From: an uncultured Sangeribacter sp. | GTDB lineage: Bacteria > Bacteroidota > Bacteroidia > Bacteroidales > Muribaculaceae | Length of the DNA stretch: 64,000 bases | Direction of reading: 5' to 3' | NCBI GenBank assembly: GCA_964513775.1 | Contig: CAZEOI010000006.1 | Location: forward strand, 2,175-66,174 | In this document: in pieces, positions 18,509-28,889 of the stretch | Layout: each line of letters starts with the position of its first letter | Numbering within the stretch: position 1 is the first letter of the stretch | Notes under the pieces: model-generated | Database searches by the model: none | What the model saw: the letters and a program-made list of their open reading frames with translations, nothing else | What the model was told of the DNA's origin: nothing | Made by a program: the position numbers and the translations under genes

Positions 18509-20950
18509 ATGATAAGACAATTTACAGTATTACTTTGTGGATTAGCACTTTCACTTGGTTCACAGGCTGCTGAGCTCACCCCGGAGCAAGCCCTGCAGCG
18601 ACTTGGGGTGGAAGCATTGCCTCAGTCGGCCACTCGTGGTGGCTTTACCCGTACTCCCGTATATACGGAGATCGCTCCTGACGGTCTGGCGGCTATATAT
18701 GTGTTCGAAAATTCCAATCAGAATGGTTATCTCCTTGTGAGCGCAGATGATGTTGCGGCCCCTCTTTTAGGTTACGCTGATTCCGGCTCTTTCAAAGCGG
18801 AGGATATGCCTGAGCAAATGAAATGGTGGCTTGGAGAATATGCACGCCAGATAGAATATGCGCGTACCGCGGAAATGGCCTCCTACACAGTCACACGCAG
18901 CGACAGCAGATCATCTGTGGCTCCCTTGCTCAAGACAAAATGGAATCAGGGAGCGCCCTACAACAATCTGCTTCCGGTTGTCAACGGCAAGCACTGTGTC
19001 ACCGGTTGTGTGGCCACTGCCGTAGCGCAGGTTATGAAATATTGGAACTACCCTGAAAAGGGATCCGGCACAGTCACCATCACAAACCCCTCTACTCAAG
19101 CAAAAGAAAATCTCGATCTCTCTTTGCAGACATTCGAATGGAATCAGATGCTCGATACTTATAATGCGGGTAAGTTTACGGATGCACAGGCGAACGCGGT
19201 GGCTTATCTGATGAAGGCGGTGGGTTATGCCGGAGATATGAGTTATGGCACTGATGAATCAAGTGCCTATGCCTATAAGGCAGGGCAGTCTCTTGTGAAT
19301 AATTTCGGATACGATCCCAATCTACAATATTGCGACCGCACATATTTCCAGGCCGCTGACTGGGAGGATATGATTTATGAAGAGTTGGCTGCAGGACGTC
19401 CTGTGCTATATGGCGGTCAATCCACATCCGGAGGCCATCAGTTTGTATGCGACGGCTATAGTGGCGACGGCTACTTCCATTTCAACTGGGGCTGGGGAGG
19501 AATGAGCGACGGCTATTTCCTGCTCAACTCCCTTAACCCTGATGCCGTCGGCATCGGTGGTGGTCTTGGTGGAGGCTTCAATTATCTTCAGGAAGTTACG
19601 GTAGGTATTCAGCCTAAAGATAAGGGTGGTGACGTAGACGTGGCTAATCTTGTGCAGTATGGCGCACTTAAAGTGAGTGACAGTGGCCTAAAGCTCAACA
19701 TCTCGGTAGTGAGAGATAATGGAGCCGTCACCAAATGGATGAACACCGGCTTCACCGACCTCTCGATGATTGTGGGTGTGGCAATAGAACCAGAAAATGG
19801 TGGAGCCACTCCTCAGTATTTCGAGATTGCCAAGGGCACTGTGAAAAAGCCGGAGCTTATTGAAGATGCGGAGGGTTTCGGCATGTCGCTTTATGGCTTG
19901 GAGGGTAAAGGCACCGTTTCGCTCCCTTCATCCCTTGCTGATGGCACGTATAAGGCTACAATCGTATGCAAGCAGCAGAGCGGAGGAAAATGGCATCCTA
20001 TGCTTACATTGCCACAATATTACAACTTCTTCTATTTTACAAAGTCTGGCAATAAAATCACCAGCCTCAATGTGTTCTCTGAAGCGTCTGTGGTTTTGGA
20101 TGATATAGAACTCCTTACTCCTCTCTATTATAATTGCATGGTGAAGATTCGCATCAAGGCCACCAATAATTCGGAAAAGGAGATGACCAAGGGCTTCTAT
20201 CCTGATCTGTATAAAGGTTCAGTCTGCCAGATGATAGGTGATGGCATTGTGTTGACAATCCCTCCGAAGACAACCGTCACAGAGGAATTTATCACAGAGT
20301 TCCGCCTTCTCAATGGAGTGAGTGCGCCGGTTGACGACACTCAATACACTCTTAAGGTATCAGATCCTAATGATGAGACATTCTACAATAAAACAAAAGA
20401 TGTGACAATGCAGCTGTCGGCAGGCACTCCTGACTTCAGCGTCACAAGCTTTGAGATTCCTGATGCCGACACAAAAATCGAGAAGTTTAACAATCGTCTG
20501 GTCGATGTATATCAGATTGAAGGATCGGAAGTGAAGTTTGATATCAATATCTCTAATAAAGGCCCATTCTTCGGCTATCCTGTGATAGTGGCGGTTTTTG
20601 AGGAGGGAAATTCTTATGCAATAGCTCAACAGCAGTTCGGACCGTTCTGCGTACTTGGAGCATATGAGTCGGCCAACCTGACGGCATCGGTTGATGCAAC
20701 TGATTTAGCCACTGAAAAAGTATATATGTCGGTGCTTTTCTACTATCCCGGCAGTAATCCTGAGCAGATTCCATCTGTTTCATATAAATATTTCAAGAAA
20801 GTGGATGGCTCCGGCGTGGGAGAGATCTCTGCCGATCACGATGGCCCTGTGAAATATTATAATATGCAGGGACAGGAGGTTCAAAATCCTGCGAAGGGTA
20901 TGTTGCTTATCAGAAAGCAAGGTTCAAAGACAGAGAAGATAATATACTGA
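18509..20950 (+). CDS. Peptidase C10 (streptopain/interpain-like) cysteine protease with prodomain and probable T9SS C-terminal signal
   Basis: WNQGAPYN, TGCVATAVAQ, GGHQFVCDGY, HFNWGWGG; C-terminal YYNMQGQEV.NP.KG...KIIY. Confidence 0.93.
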   Translation: MIRQFTVLLCGLALSLGSQAAELTPEQALQRLGVEALPQSATRGGFTRTPVYTEIAPDGLAAIYVFENSNQNGYLLVSADDVAAPLLGYADSGSFKAEDMPEQMKWWLGEYARQIEYARTAEMASYTVTRSDSRSSVAPLLKTKWNQGAPYNNLLPVVNGKHCVTGCVATAVAQVMKYWNYPEKGSGTVTITNPSTQAKENLDLSLQTFEWNQMLDTYNAGKFTDAQANAVAYLMKAVGYAGDMSYGTDESSAYAYKAGQSLVNNFGYDPNLQYCDRTYFQAADWEDMIYEELAAGRPVLYGGQSTSGGHQFVCDGYSGDGYFHFNWGWGGMSDGYFLLNSLNPDAVGIGGGLGGGFNYLQEVTVGIQPKDKGGDVDVANLVQYGALKVSDSGLKLNISVVRDNGAVTKWMNTGFTDLSMIVGVAIEPENGGATPQYFEIAKGTVKKPELIEDAEGFGMSLYGLEGKGTVSLPSSLADGTYKATIVCKQQSGGKWHPMLTLPQYYNFFYFTKSGNKITSLNVFSEASVVLDDIELLTPLYYNCMVKIRIKATNNSEKEMTKGFYPDLYKGSVCQMIGDGIVLTIPPKTTVTEEFITEFRLLNGVSAPVDDTQYTLKVSDPNDETFYNKTKDVTMQLSAGTPDFSVTSFEIPDADTKIEKFNNRLVDVYQIEGSEVKFDINISNKGPFFGYPVIVAVFEEGNSYAIAQQQFGPFCVLGAYESANLTASVDATDLATEKVYMSVLFYYPGSNPEQIPSVSYKYFKKVDGSGVGEISADHDGPVKYYNMQGQEVQNPAKGMLLIRKQGSKTEKIIY

Positions 20951-21038
20951 TGCTGATGTAACTTAGGCAAAAGCTTATCGAGGTTCAGACAGCTTCTTTC
21001 ACTTCACTGCCTATAAGTTTGATCAGTTTGCTTAATTA

Positions 21039-21078
21039 GACAGGGCCCGGCTCACAATCGCGTGAACCGGGCCCTGTC
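21039..21078. terminator. Bidirectional terminator hairpin
   Basis: GACAGGGCCCGG...CCGGGCCCTGTC between convergent genes. Confidence 0.75.
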
Positions 21079-21108
21079 GCCGGAATATAATAGTAAAAAT
21101 TAGGATTT

Positions 21109-22152
21109 TCAATACATCGGGGTGAAAGGAGCATGTTTCTTGAGAGCGTGGTTGGCCTCGCCTACAAGCATTGTCTCCTTCGAAGTGTCGAGGCGCATCA
21201 CAGGAGCACCCTTCCTGAGATCACACTTTGTGAGATCTATATAGTAGTATCCCATATTAGTGACGATATCCCAGTAGTAACGTTTGTTCTTCACGTCAGC
21301 ATAAGAACGCCACTGAGTGGAGGATACGTTTGGCTCGCCCTGAATAAGATATGTGTAAGGCACGGAAGAGTTTACCAATATGCTACGGCAGATGCTCACG
21401 GCAAGGTTGGGATCCGACACTGATTCCACATGATGGGCGAAGTAGTTGGCCCGCACGCAACGGTCAGGGCTGCTGACTGTGCCGGGAAGCATATGCTGAC
21501 CTCCGATCTTATCCCAATAGGCTATGATAGCTTCCATGGATGGCCACTGCGGATCGTTGGTCATGGCCTGAATATCACCCGGATCATAGATCTTTATATC
21601 TCCATTATCAAACTCCAGGATAGCTGTCTTTCCGGAAGCGTCGGTGATGCCCCAGTGGAGTGCTGATACGGTGCCTCCGTCGAACGTGGCGCCACCGATG
21701 GAGAATTCATGTTTTTTAAGCACCTCCACACACTCATCTGTAGTGGCGTTCATATCAAGAAGCCATCCTACGAACATTGCAAGCGACATGGGGGGACGAT
21801 CCTGCACGTCGGGATTGTTATAGACTGTGCCTTTGCAGAAAAGACCGTTTATCACAAGTCCCTTCTCATTCATACCCTCGGTGATCCCTCCGTCATAGCC
21901 CACGGCATATACGGCACCATACTTTGAAGTCCAGGACACGGCTCCCGGTTGGTCAGATCCCACCTTGCTCATGCCGGCAGGATAAACGTAAAGATTGGTA
22001 GGGATCGGCGTTTTCCAATCAAGAGAACGTCCTACAATATATGTGTCGTCGAGACCTTTGTAGAGAACTCGTGAACATGCATCCGAAACAAATGGAGTGG
22101 CGGCTGCTGTGCCGATTACGGCTGCTGCAGCGATAGTTTTAATGAGATTCAT
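21109..22152 (-). CDS. Secreted choloylglycine hydrolase family protein (bile salt hydrolase/penicillin V acylase)
   Basis: Signal peptide ending SDA, then N-terminal nucleophile C-SR; GRSLDW, EGMNEKGL, MTNDP, LPG..SSPDR. Confidence 0.9.
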   Translation of the reverse strand: MNLIKTIAAAAVIGTAAATPFVSDACSRVLYKGLDDTYIVGRSLDWKTPIPTNLYVYPAGMSKVGSDQPGAVSWTSKYGAVYAVGYDGGITEGMNEKGLVINGLFCKGTVYNNPDVQDRPPMSLAMFVGWLLDMNATTDECVEVLKKHEFSIGGATFDGGTVSALHWGITDASGKTAILEFDNGDIKIYDPGDIQAMTNDPQWPSMEAIIAYWDKIGGQHMLPGTVSSPDRCVRANYFAHHVESVSDPNLAVSICRSILVNSSVPYTYLIQGEPNVSSTQWRSYADVKNKRYYWDIVTNMGYYYIDLTKCDLRKGAPVMRLDTSKETMLVGEANHALKKHAPFTPMY

Positions 22153-22260
22153 AATCTATGAGGAATTGTTTTGTTTTATCTTTAAACGCAATTCCCATAT
22201 GGTTGGTTTACACTGAAGTCATTTATCTTCTATCCCAACTTCTATTTCATAGATGAGCGA

Positions 22261-23415
22261 TTAGTGTAGGGCTTCTGTTATCTCAAGGAGATAATGAAGG
22301 AGAGTGTTGAGAGTGTCGGGTTTGGCATATGGATTTTCGGAGCTTTCTGCCACCTCTCTGAATTCAGCAGAGAGCAGGGTGTCGAGAGCGGCCGATATAG
22401 CTTCGGGGTCAGGAGCCACATTCATTACGGATCTCCCTCTCGCTCTCCCTTTCTGGCGGTCGCCTATATCAAGTGTGGGGATGCCGAATGACGGGGCTTC
22501 GATGAGTCCGCTTGATGAATTTCCAACTACTGCCGCCGCATGCTTCAGAGCCGAATAATACCGTCTGCGCCCCAAAGAGGCCGACACCGCCACAGCTTCC
22601 GGATGTTCGGCCGCCCACTCGCGAATGGTAGCCGCAACCAAATTTCCACCGGTGTCGGAATTTGGCATTGTGAACAGCACTTTCCACCCCTCGGAGATTT
22701 TTCGGTCGAGTGCTTGCAGCAGCGCCTTGGTCTGACTCACCTCTTCTCCCGGAGTGGTGGTGACAGGATGGAAAGTGGCCACTATGAAACGCTTTCCCAA
22801 TTCATGGCCGATTGATTCCTCAAGATCGTGGAGAGGCAAAAAATCCTCATGTGTTATATTATCTACACCGAGCGAACCGATCCAGTGTACATTTTCCGGT
22901 TTTGCTCCCATGGAAATCACACGTCGGGCATATTGCTCGGTCGATGTGAAATGATATGTCGAGAGTTGGGTTATTGCGTGCCGTATGGCATCGTCATATG
23001 CACCCTCGGTGGTCTCACCACCATAAAGATGAGCCACAGGGATTCGGTAGATTAAGGCGGCGGAAGCTGCCGCCAGCATCTCGTAGCGGTCACCCAATAT
23101 CACGATAAGGTCAGGGGTGAGATGCGAAAGGGCATCCGCCATCCCTATCTGGGTGAGTCCCATCGTCTTTACGGTGGCTGCCGGTGAGTCGCCTGATAGC
23201 AGCGAGTCGATACGCCAGTTCACATTGAGCCCGTCAGCTATAATCTCGTTCACAGTCATTCCGAATTGGGGAGCGAGATGCATGTTGGTGGCAATGATCT
23301 GCAGTTCGATATCATCTCTTCGGGAGATAGCCTGCATCAAAGGTGACATTATTCCATAGTCGGCCCGCGTTCCGGTGACAAAGCATATTTTTTTCATTCG
23401 GGAAGGATAAGTCAT
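22261..23415 (-). CDS. neuC: Hydrolysing UDP/GDP-N-acetylhexosamine 2-epimerase (NeuC family)
   Basis: VTGTRADYG, LGDRYE, D..IRHAIT.LS..HF, GNSSSGLIEAP, IGDRQKGR; start could be 23397. Confidence 0.92.
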   Translation of the reverse strand: MTYPSRMKKICFVTGTRADYGIMSPLMQAISRRDDIELQIIATNMHLAPQFGMTVNEIIADGLNVNWRIDSLLSGDSPAATVKTMGLTQIGMADALSHLTPDLIVILGDRYEMLAAASAALIYRIPVAHLYGGETTEGAYDDAIRHAITQLSTYHFTSTEQYARRVISMGAKPENVHWIGSLGVDNITHEDFLPLHDLEESIGHELGKRFIVATFHPVTTTPGEEVSQTKALLQALDRKISEGWKVLFTMPNSDTGGNLVAATIREWAAEHPEAVAVSASLGRRRYYSALKHAAAVVGNSSSGLIEAPSFGIPTLDIGDRQKGRARGRSVMNVAPDPEAISAALDTLLSAEFREVAESSENPYAKPDTLNTLLHYLLEITEALH

Positions 23416-24416
23416 TCGGGAAGGGTGATTATTGAGTCTTTAGGGAAATCCTTCGTGGCTCGCTGTCCTATAAGTTTATCCCACCAGTCTATCGGTGACA
23501 GACCTTTTCCGGGACGTTTTGTGGTGATATTCTCATCGGTCAACAGCTCTCCGGCCTTAATATCGCGTGCGGCCACTATGCTTCGGCGGGCCACTTCCCG
23601 GTTACCTATTTCAGAATCGGTGATCCGTTTCTCCGGAGAGCCCATGGCTTGGGTCACGTTGCGGATTGCTTTTACCATCTCAGCGAGCTCATCGGGTTCG
23701 AGAGATGCCACATGGTCCGGTCCAGGCAGAGCTCTATCAAGTGTGAAATGCTTTTCAATGACTGTTGCGCCCAAAGCGGTTGCAGCCACGGGCACCTCGA
23801 TCCCCTTGGTATGATCCGAGTAGCCTGTGGCAAGCCCATACTTTTCATGCATGGCGGTCATAGCCCTGAGATTTACATCTTGCAGAGGGGTGGGATATTC
23901 TGTGGTACAATGAAGTAGCGTCAGACGGTCGGGAGTGTATCCGGCCTCATAAAACACCTTTAGAGCTTTCTCAATATCGTTATCGTCACACATTCCGGTT
24001 GATATGATTGCCGGCATCCCCGTGGCGGCTATATGCCGCAGATAAGGGAGGTTTGTGATCTCTCCGGAAGGAATCTTTATGAAGTCCATTCCGATAGAGA
24101 CAAGGAAATCGATGCTCTCCAAGTCAAAAGGGGTGGAGAGAAAACCTATTCCCAACTCTTTGCAATATAAGGCTATTGTGCGGAAATCATCATATGAGAG
24201 CTCCAACGCACGCAGCATCTCTATCTGAGAGTCGGCATCACAGTTGGCTTTTTGATAGTCGGCCGTCCTCCCCTCGGGTGTGACAAGAAGGTCTGATTTG
24301 AATGTCTGGAATTTTATATAGTCGGCTCCGGCGTCTTTGGCTGTCTTTGCCATAGACAGGGCACGTTTGAGATCGCCGTTATGGTTTACGCCGGCTTCAG
24401 CGATGATTATCGGCAT
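23412..24416 (-). CDS. neuB: Nonulosonate synthase (NeuB family) with SAF/antifreeze domain
   Basis: IIAEAGVNHNGD, KFQTF, STPFD, KIPSGEITN, GYSDHT, IEKHFTL. Confidence 0.95.
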   Translation of the reverse strand: MPIIIAEAGVNHNGDLKRALSMAKTAKDAGADYIKFQTFKSDLLVTPEGRTADYQKANCDADSQIEMLRALELSYDDFRTIALYCKELGIGFLSTPFDLESIDFLVSIGMDFIKIPSGEITNLPYLRHIAATGMPAIISTGMCDDNDIEKALKVFYEAGYTPDRLTLLHCTTEYPTPLQDVNLRAMTAMHEKYGLATGYSDHTKGIEVPVAATALGATVIEKHFTLDRALPGPDHVASLEPDELAEMVKAIRNVTQAMGSPEKRITDSEIGNREVARRSIVAARDIKAGELLTDENITTKRPGKGLSPIDWWDKLIGQRATKDFPKDSIITLPE

Positions 24417-24450
24417 AGGGCTATTAGTTTGGAGTTTTAGATTTTCGCGC

Positions 24451-25098
24451 TTATTGGTGGCGGAGTTGGGTACATCGGAGGGGGGTGCCATGGTAAATGC
24501 CGGGTTGGAGAAGGTCTCGTGTCACGACTGCACCCATCGCTACCGACACTCCCGAAGCAATCTTTATATTGTTTTTCAACTTCGCTCCAAGTCCGATGAA
24601 ACAGTCGTCGCCTATCTCGACGCCTCCACCCATCACCACTCCGGGCCCTATGAATGAATTATCGCCGATTACGCAATCATGTTCCACGATAGCACCGGTA
24701 TTGATTATCACATTTCTGCCGATGGTGGCCCGATTGATAATCACCCCGTTGAGCACAGCTGCTCCCTCGGCGATTCTGCAGTTTGGTGTGACTATTGCAG
24801 TCGGAGCAATTATGGTGGCGAATTGAGCGCCGGCTTGTTCATACATCTCGATCAGAGCTCTTCGCTTGCGCATCACCGGCAGTCCGACATATACGAAAGC
24901 CATGTGAAACGGGTGGCCTTTCGCTGCAAGAGAAGCGGCTGCCGAATCATCGCCCAGCCAGTCTATATCAATCTTGTCGGCCGGCTGCATGGCCGTGTAT
25001 CCGGCAAAGTGTTGAGAGCCGGCTGCCTCTATAAGAGATAGGGCATGGCCGCCACCTCCGACAAGCACTATCCCGTTTGGAATCTCAGGATTACACAT
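24451..25098 (-). CDS. neuD: NeuD/PglD family sugar acetyltransferase
   Basis: GGGGHA N-terminus, hexapeptide repeats, INTGAIVEHDC. Confidence 0.85.
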   Translation of the reverse strand: MCNPEIPNGIVLVGGGGHALSLIEAAGSQHFAGYTAMQPADKIDIDWLGDDSAAASLAAKGHPFHMAFVYVGLPVMRKRRALIEMYEQAGAQFATIIAPTAIVTPNCRIAEGAAVLNGVIINRATIGRNVIINTGAIVEHDCVIGDNSFIGPGVVMGGGVEIGDDCFIGLGAKLKNNIKIASGVSVAMGAVVTRDLLQPGIYHGTPLRCTQLRHQ

Positions 25099-25279
25099 AA
25101 ATTCTTTTCTTTCTGATAAAGAAGCGGAGAAAACCGCTATTTAGGAAGTTAATGTTACTTCTTACGCAAAGTTAACTAATAAAACGCACTTGCGCAAGTT
25201 GGATTAATTTACTAAATTTGCGGTTGAATAGCTCTTTGGCACAAAATATGGCCCGAGACAATTCTAATTTTATAATTTT

Positions 25280-26167
25280 ATGAGTATTATCTTGAAGAAA
25301 AAGATAACCCGGATTTTACGGACAGTGGTAGCTATGGCAGCCCTTATGACAATCTCGGTTAACGGAATGGCTTATGAGGCAAGGGTGCATTGCGCTGAAG
25401 ATACAATAAAGGTGAGCGACCTTCTGAGAAAGACCGCTGCCAAAGGTGGCACATTGGGCGAACGTTGCGTGTTTGTGGCCCGGGAGCTATCGGGCACCCC
25501 CTGGGCTCCGGCCCCCGACAATGATAAAGAGGGCACTATCATGATAAATATGCACGGTTTCGATCGCCTTGGCTTTGCAAACACCGTCATGGCCATTGCC
25601 AAAGCGAGCATGCAGAGTCTTCCGCGTGTGAATGAGTTCGAGCGATTCTACGAAGAGCTCTCCCGCAGAAAGGGAGAGGATGATGGTTTCCCCAGTCAGC
25701 TGTTCTACGGTGCGGAATGGATTGTAGACAATATCTATCGAGGCAACCTTAAGGAGATGACAGAGTATGTCGGTGGTGGTGGTTTCAAGACCAAGACCCT
25801 TGACTATCTCAGCCGCCATAAGAGTGAGTTTCCCGCTCTCGAAGATCCGGAAATCTATGATAAGGTGAGGATGAATGAGATGGGCTACCGGAGCCACCGT
25901 ATCCCGCATCTGAAGAAGCAGAGCATAGGAAATAAGTCGATACATGAGTTGATGCTCGACGGCGACCTTATAATGATGCTCTCTCCGGAGATAGATTACG
26001 ATGTCTACGATATCGGAATTGTGGAGATGAAGGATGGCGAACCATACCTCATACATATAAGTCATGAAAATGGTCGGGTGGATGTGGATTCTTACCCATT
26101 GAGCCGCCTGTTCAAACTTGAAGGTCAGCATTTTTACGGCTACCGTTGGTTGCGTCCTGTAGAATGA
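25280..26167 (+). CDS. DUF1460 / AmiA-like amidase-fold protein, catalytic residues apparently substituted
   Basis: Signal peptide; GTPW...E..MINMHGFD, GDL, LIHIS, G.RWLRP layout of DUF1460. Confidence 0.7.
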   Translation: MSIILKKKITRILRTVVAMAALMTISVNGMAYEARVHCAEDTIKVSDLLRKTAAKGGTLGERCVFVARELSGTPWAPAPDNDKEGTIMINMHGFDRLGFANTVMAIAKASMQSLPRVNEFERFYEELSRRKGEDDGFPSQLFYGAEWIVDNIYRGNLKEMTEYVGGGGFKTKTLDYLSRHKSEFPALEDPEIYDKVRMNEMGYRSHRIPHLKKQSIGNKSIHELMLDGDLIMMLSPEIDYDVYDIGIVEMKDGEPYLIHISHENGRVDVDSYPLSRLFKLEGQHFYGYRWLRPVE

Positions 26168-26375
26168 CAGTACTCGCCCAACGCTCATTACGGTGTGATA
26201 TGAAGGGCGATGTTACTGCTTGTTGAATATTGCACCGTAGTTTTATTTTGCAAAAAATGAGGGACGATAAAGGAAAATGTCAAAAAAATGAGCGTGTGCT
26301 CCCGTCGTCTATTGCAAATATCATGTCAATTTGCTAAATTTGCGATGTGTAACTGAATTATTTATCTCTTCATAA

Positions 26376-27446
26376 ATGGCAAACAGTGTTCTTCAGCTTC
26401 GGGAGGCCGAGACAAAACGTCCACGCATACTCATGATTTATACGGGTGGCACTATCGGGATGAAAGAAAATCCCGTTACCCATGCCCTCGAACCGGTTGA
26501 TTTTGATCATCTTCTTGACAATGTTCCGAAAATCAAGATGCTTGATTTTCATATCGACAATTTCCAGTTTAAACATCCTATAGATTCTTCTGCCATGAAT
26601 CCCAATCACTGGGTGGAGATTGCCAAAGTGATTGAAGACAATTATGCGGATTACGATGGATTTGTCGTTCTCCACGGCACCGACACTATGGCCTATACAG
26701 CCTCCGCATTAAGCTTCATGCTTGAGAATCTTGATAAACCGGTGATCATCACCGGCAGCCAATTGCCTATCGGCGAGGTCCGTACAGACGGCGAGGAGAA
26801 TCTGATCACAGCTCTCCAGATAGCCGCTGCCCGCGACCGTAATAACGAGCATACCATAAGAGAGGTGGCTATCCTTTTTGAGAACTACCTCTGGCGCGGA
26901 AATCGAAGCACCAAACGCAGTGCCGACAATTTCAACGCTTTCAAGAGCAATAACTATCCTGAATTGGCTAAGATAGGATTGGGAATTACTTTCAATCGCG
27001 AAGCTCTCTGGAGAGGGAAGTATGCCAATGCTCCCTTGAAAGTGCATTACAATATGGACTGCAATGTGCTTGTGATTGACCTTTTCCCGGGCATCAAGGA
27101 GGAAATGGTGCGGCATATGCTTGCCACCCCAAATATAAAGGCTGTGGTCCTGAAGACTTTCGGTGCCGGAAATGGCCCCAGCGACCCTTGGTTTATCGAT
27201 GCTATAAGGGAGACTGTGGAGAAGGGTATTGTAGTGGTCAATATCACTCAATGCACCAATGGCAGCGTTCATCCTTACCGTTATATGACCGGTATGGAGC
27301 TCGCTCAATGTGGTGTGGTGTCAGGTCATGATCTCACTTCCGAGGCCGCCATCACCAAGCTGATGTATCTGCTCGGACGTGGAATGAGCTCCGAAGAGGT
27401 TAAGAATTATATGGAATACAGTCTCTGCGGAGAAATGTCGAGTTGA
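26376..27446 (+). CDS. ansA: L-asparaginase type I
   Basis: YTGGTIGM, DSS, HGTDTMAYTAS, TGSQLP. Confidence 0.95.
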   Translation: MANSVLQLREAETKRPRILMIYTGGTIGMKENPVTHALEPVDFDHLLDNVPKIKMLDFHIDNFQFKHPIDSSAMNPNHWVEIAKVIEDNYADYDGFVVLHGTDTMAYTASALSFMLENLDKPVIITGSQLPIGEVRTDGEENLITALQIAAARDRNNEHTIREVAILFENYLWRGNRSTKRSADNFNAFKSNNYPELAKIGLGITFNREALWRGKYANAPLKVHYNMDCNVLVIDLFPGIKEEMVRHMLATPNIKAVVLKTFGAGNGPSDPWFIDAIRETVEKGIVVVNITQCTNGSVHPYRYMTGMELAQCGVVSGHDLTSEAAITKLMYLLGRGMSSEEVKNYMEYSLCGEMSS

Positions 27447-27488
27447 ATAATAAATAAAAGGTTAAGGGTTTAGGAAAACTTTATCAAT

Positions 27489-28175
27489 ATGACTACACTC
27501 ACGGTTGCTGATTTTGCCGACACCGGCCAATGGCGTCTTATCGTCAATATCTACACTTCCGGAATGACTGCATTTCTGGAGAATACTCTTCATGATGATG
27601 TGGAGCCTCAGCAACTTTTCTCCACTCGTTGGGAGCCGGATGCCGAGACTCTCCTCAACAACATTGAGAATGCTGTTTACGATAATCCACGCATGCTCGA
27701 TGACTTCTCTGCCCGCATAATCCTTTTTGACAGACGCACTCTCTTTATTCCCACTGTTTTGGCGGAGGAGAGCGAAGGAGCGGAAGAGGATTATTACACC
27801 GATCTATATCATGCGGCGAAGGAAGACGTTATCATTGAGACTGATGGCGACATTACGGCCGCATCATCTTTGGCGCCGGGACTCAAAGGCTTCCTGAGCC
27901 GCACTTTCCCCGGAGCACGCATATCCAGCAATCTTATGGCGCAGGTGAGCAGATTGAGAAAGGAAAACGCCGGCAAAGGACTCATGATGAGCGTCACACC
28001 CCGTGAGCAGGAACGGGAGGCCGACTTCATCCTTCTCGACGGCTCAGATCTTATCTCTGCCTCCACTCATTCCGTAGCTGCACCGGAGGATATAATCTAC
28101 CATACATATAATATCATTGATTCCTACGGCTATAATGCGGCCGATGTGGAGGTGCCGGAGGCCTACAGGCTCTGA
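27489..28175 (+). CDS. DUF3822-like protein
   Basis: IENAVYDNPRMLDDF, TLFIP, FLSRTFP, EDIIY; position upstream of rsmD. Confidence 0.6.
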   Translation: MTTLTVADFADTGQWRLIVNIYTSGMTAFLENTLHDDVEPQQLFSTRWEPDAETLLNNIENAVYDNPRMLDDFSARIILFDRRTLFIPTVLAEESEGAEEDYYTDLYHAAKEDVIIETDGDITAASSLAPGLKGFLSRTFPGARISSNLMAQVSRLRKENAGKGLMMSVTPREQEREADFILLDGSDLISASTHSVAAPEDIIYHTYNIIDSYGYNAADVEVPEAYRL

Positions 28176-28315
28176 TTATGCTTTGTAGTCTCTCTGTTTT
28201 GGCATATCTTTTGTTATAATAATAATAATGACAGATGTCGGAAGTCTTGAGGTAGCTGTGATTTAAGATCGCTTTCCCGAGACTTCTGACGTGTATTTTT
28301 ATTAAAAGAAGAGAA

Positions 28316-28852
28316 ATGAGAATAATAAGAGGAAAATACGGCCGTCGCAGATTTGACGTGCCCAAGAATATAACCGCCCGTCCCACAACGGATTTTGCGA
28401 GAGAGAATCTTTTCAACGTGCTCGAAAATATCGACGAGCTTGAGGGTAAAACCGCTCTTGATCTTTTTGCAGGCACCGGCGCCATCAGTTTTGAGTTTCT
28501 GTCAAGAGGATGCTCTGAAGTCACGGCGGTGGAGCAGGCACCTGTGCAGGCGCAATTCATACGTAGCGTGAAAGAGAAATTAGGCGATGAGTCGTTGAGA
28601 GTGATAAAGGGAGATGTATTTAAGTTTATTGCCACATGCAGTCGGCAATTTGACTTCATATTTGCCGATCCTCCCTATGATCATCCTCGCTTCGAGGAGA
28701 TCCCGGAGCTGATACTCAATTCAGCGATGGTGAAGCCGGGCACTATGGTGATAGTGGAACACTCAAAGACCCGTGATTTCTCCACTCTCCCCGGCTTTTC
28801 ACAGCAAAGGGTGTATGGAAGTGTGAATTTCTCCATCTTCGTGGTGAAATGA
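28316..28852 (+). CDS. rsmD: 16S rRNA G966 methyltransferase
   Basis: MRIIRG, RPTTD, LDLFAGTG, ADPPY. Confidence 0.95.
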   Translation: MRIIRGKYGRRRFDVPKNITARPTTDFARENLFNVLENIDELEGKTALDLFAGTGAISFEFLSRGCSEVTAVEQAPVQAQFIRSVKEKLGDESLRVIKGDVFKFIATCSRQFDFIFADPPYDHPRFEEIPELILNSAMVKPGTMVIVEHSKTRDFSTLPGFSQQRVYGSVNFSIFVVK

Positions 28853-28889
28853 GAGGGCGATATTGATTGTTTTTTGTTAATTTTGCACT

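Noticed and set aside
28853..28889. FMN riboswitch upstream of ribBA
   Set aside because: The intergenic gap is only 37 bp and holds just a TAATTTTG promoter element.
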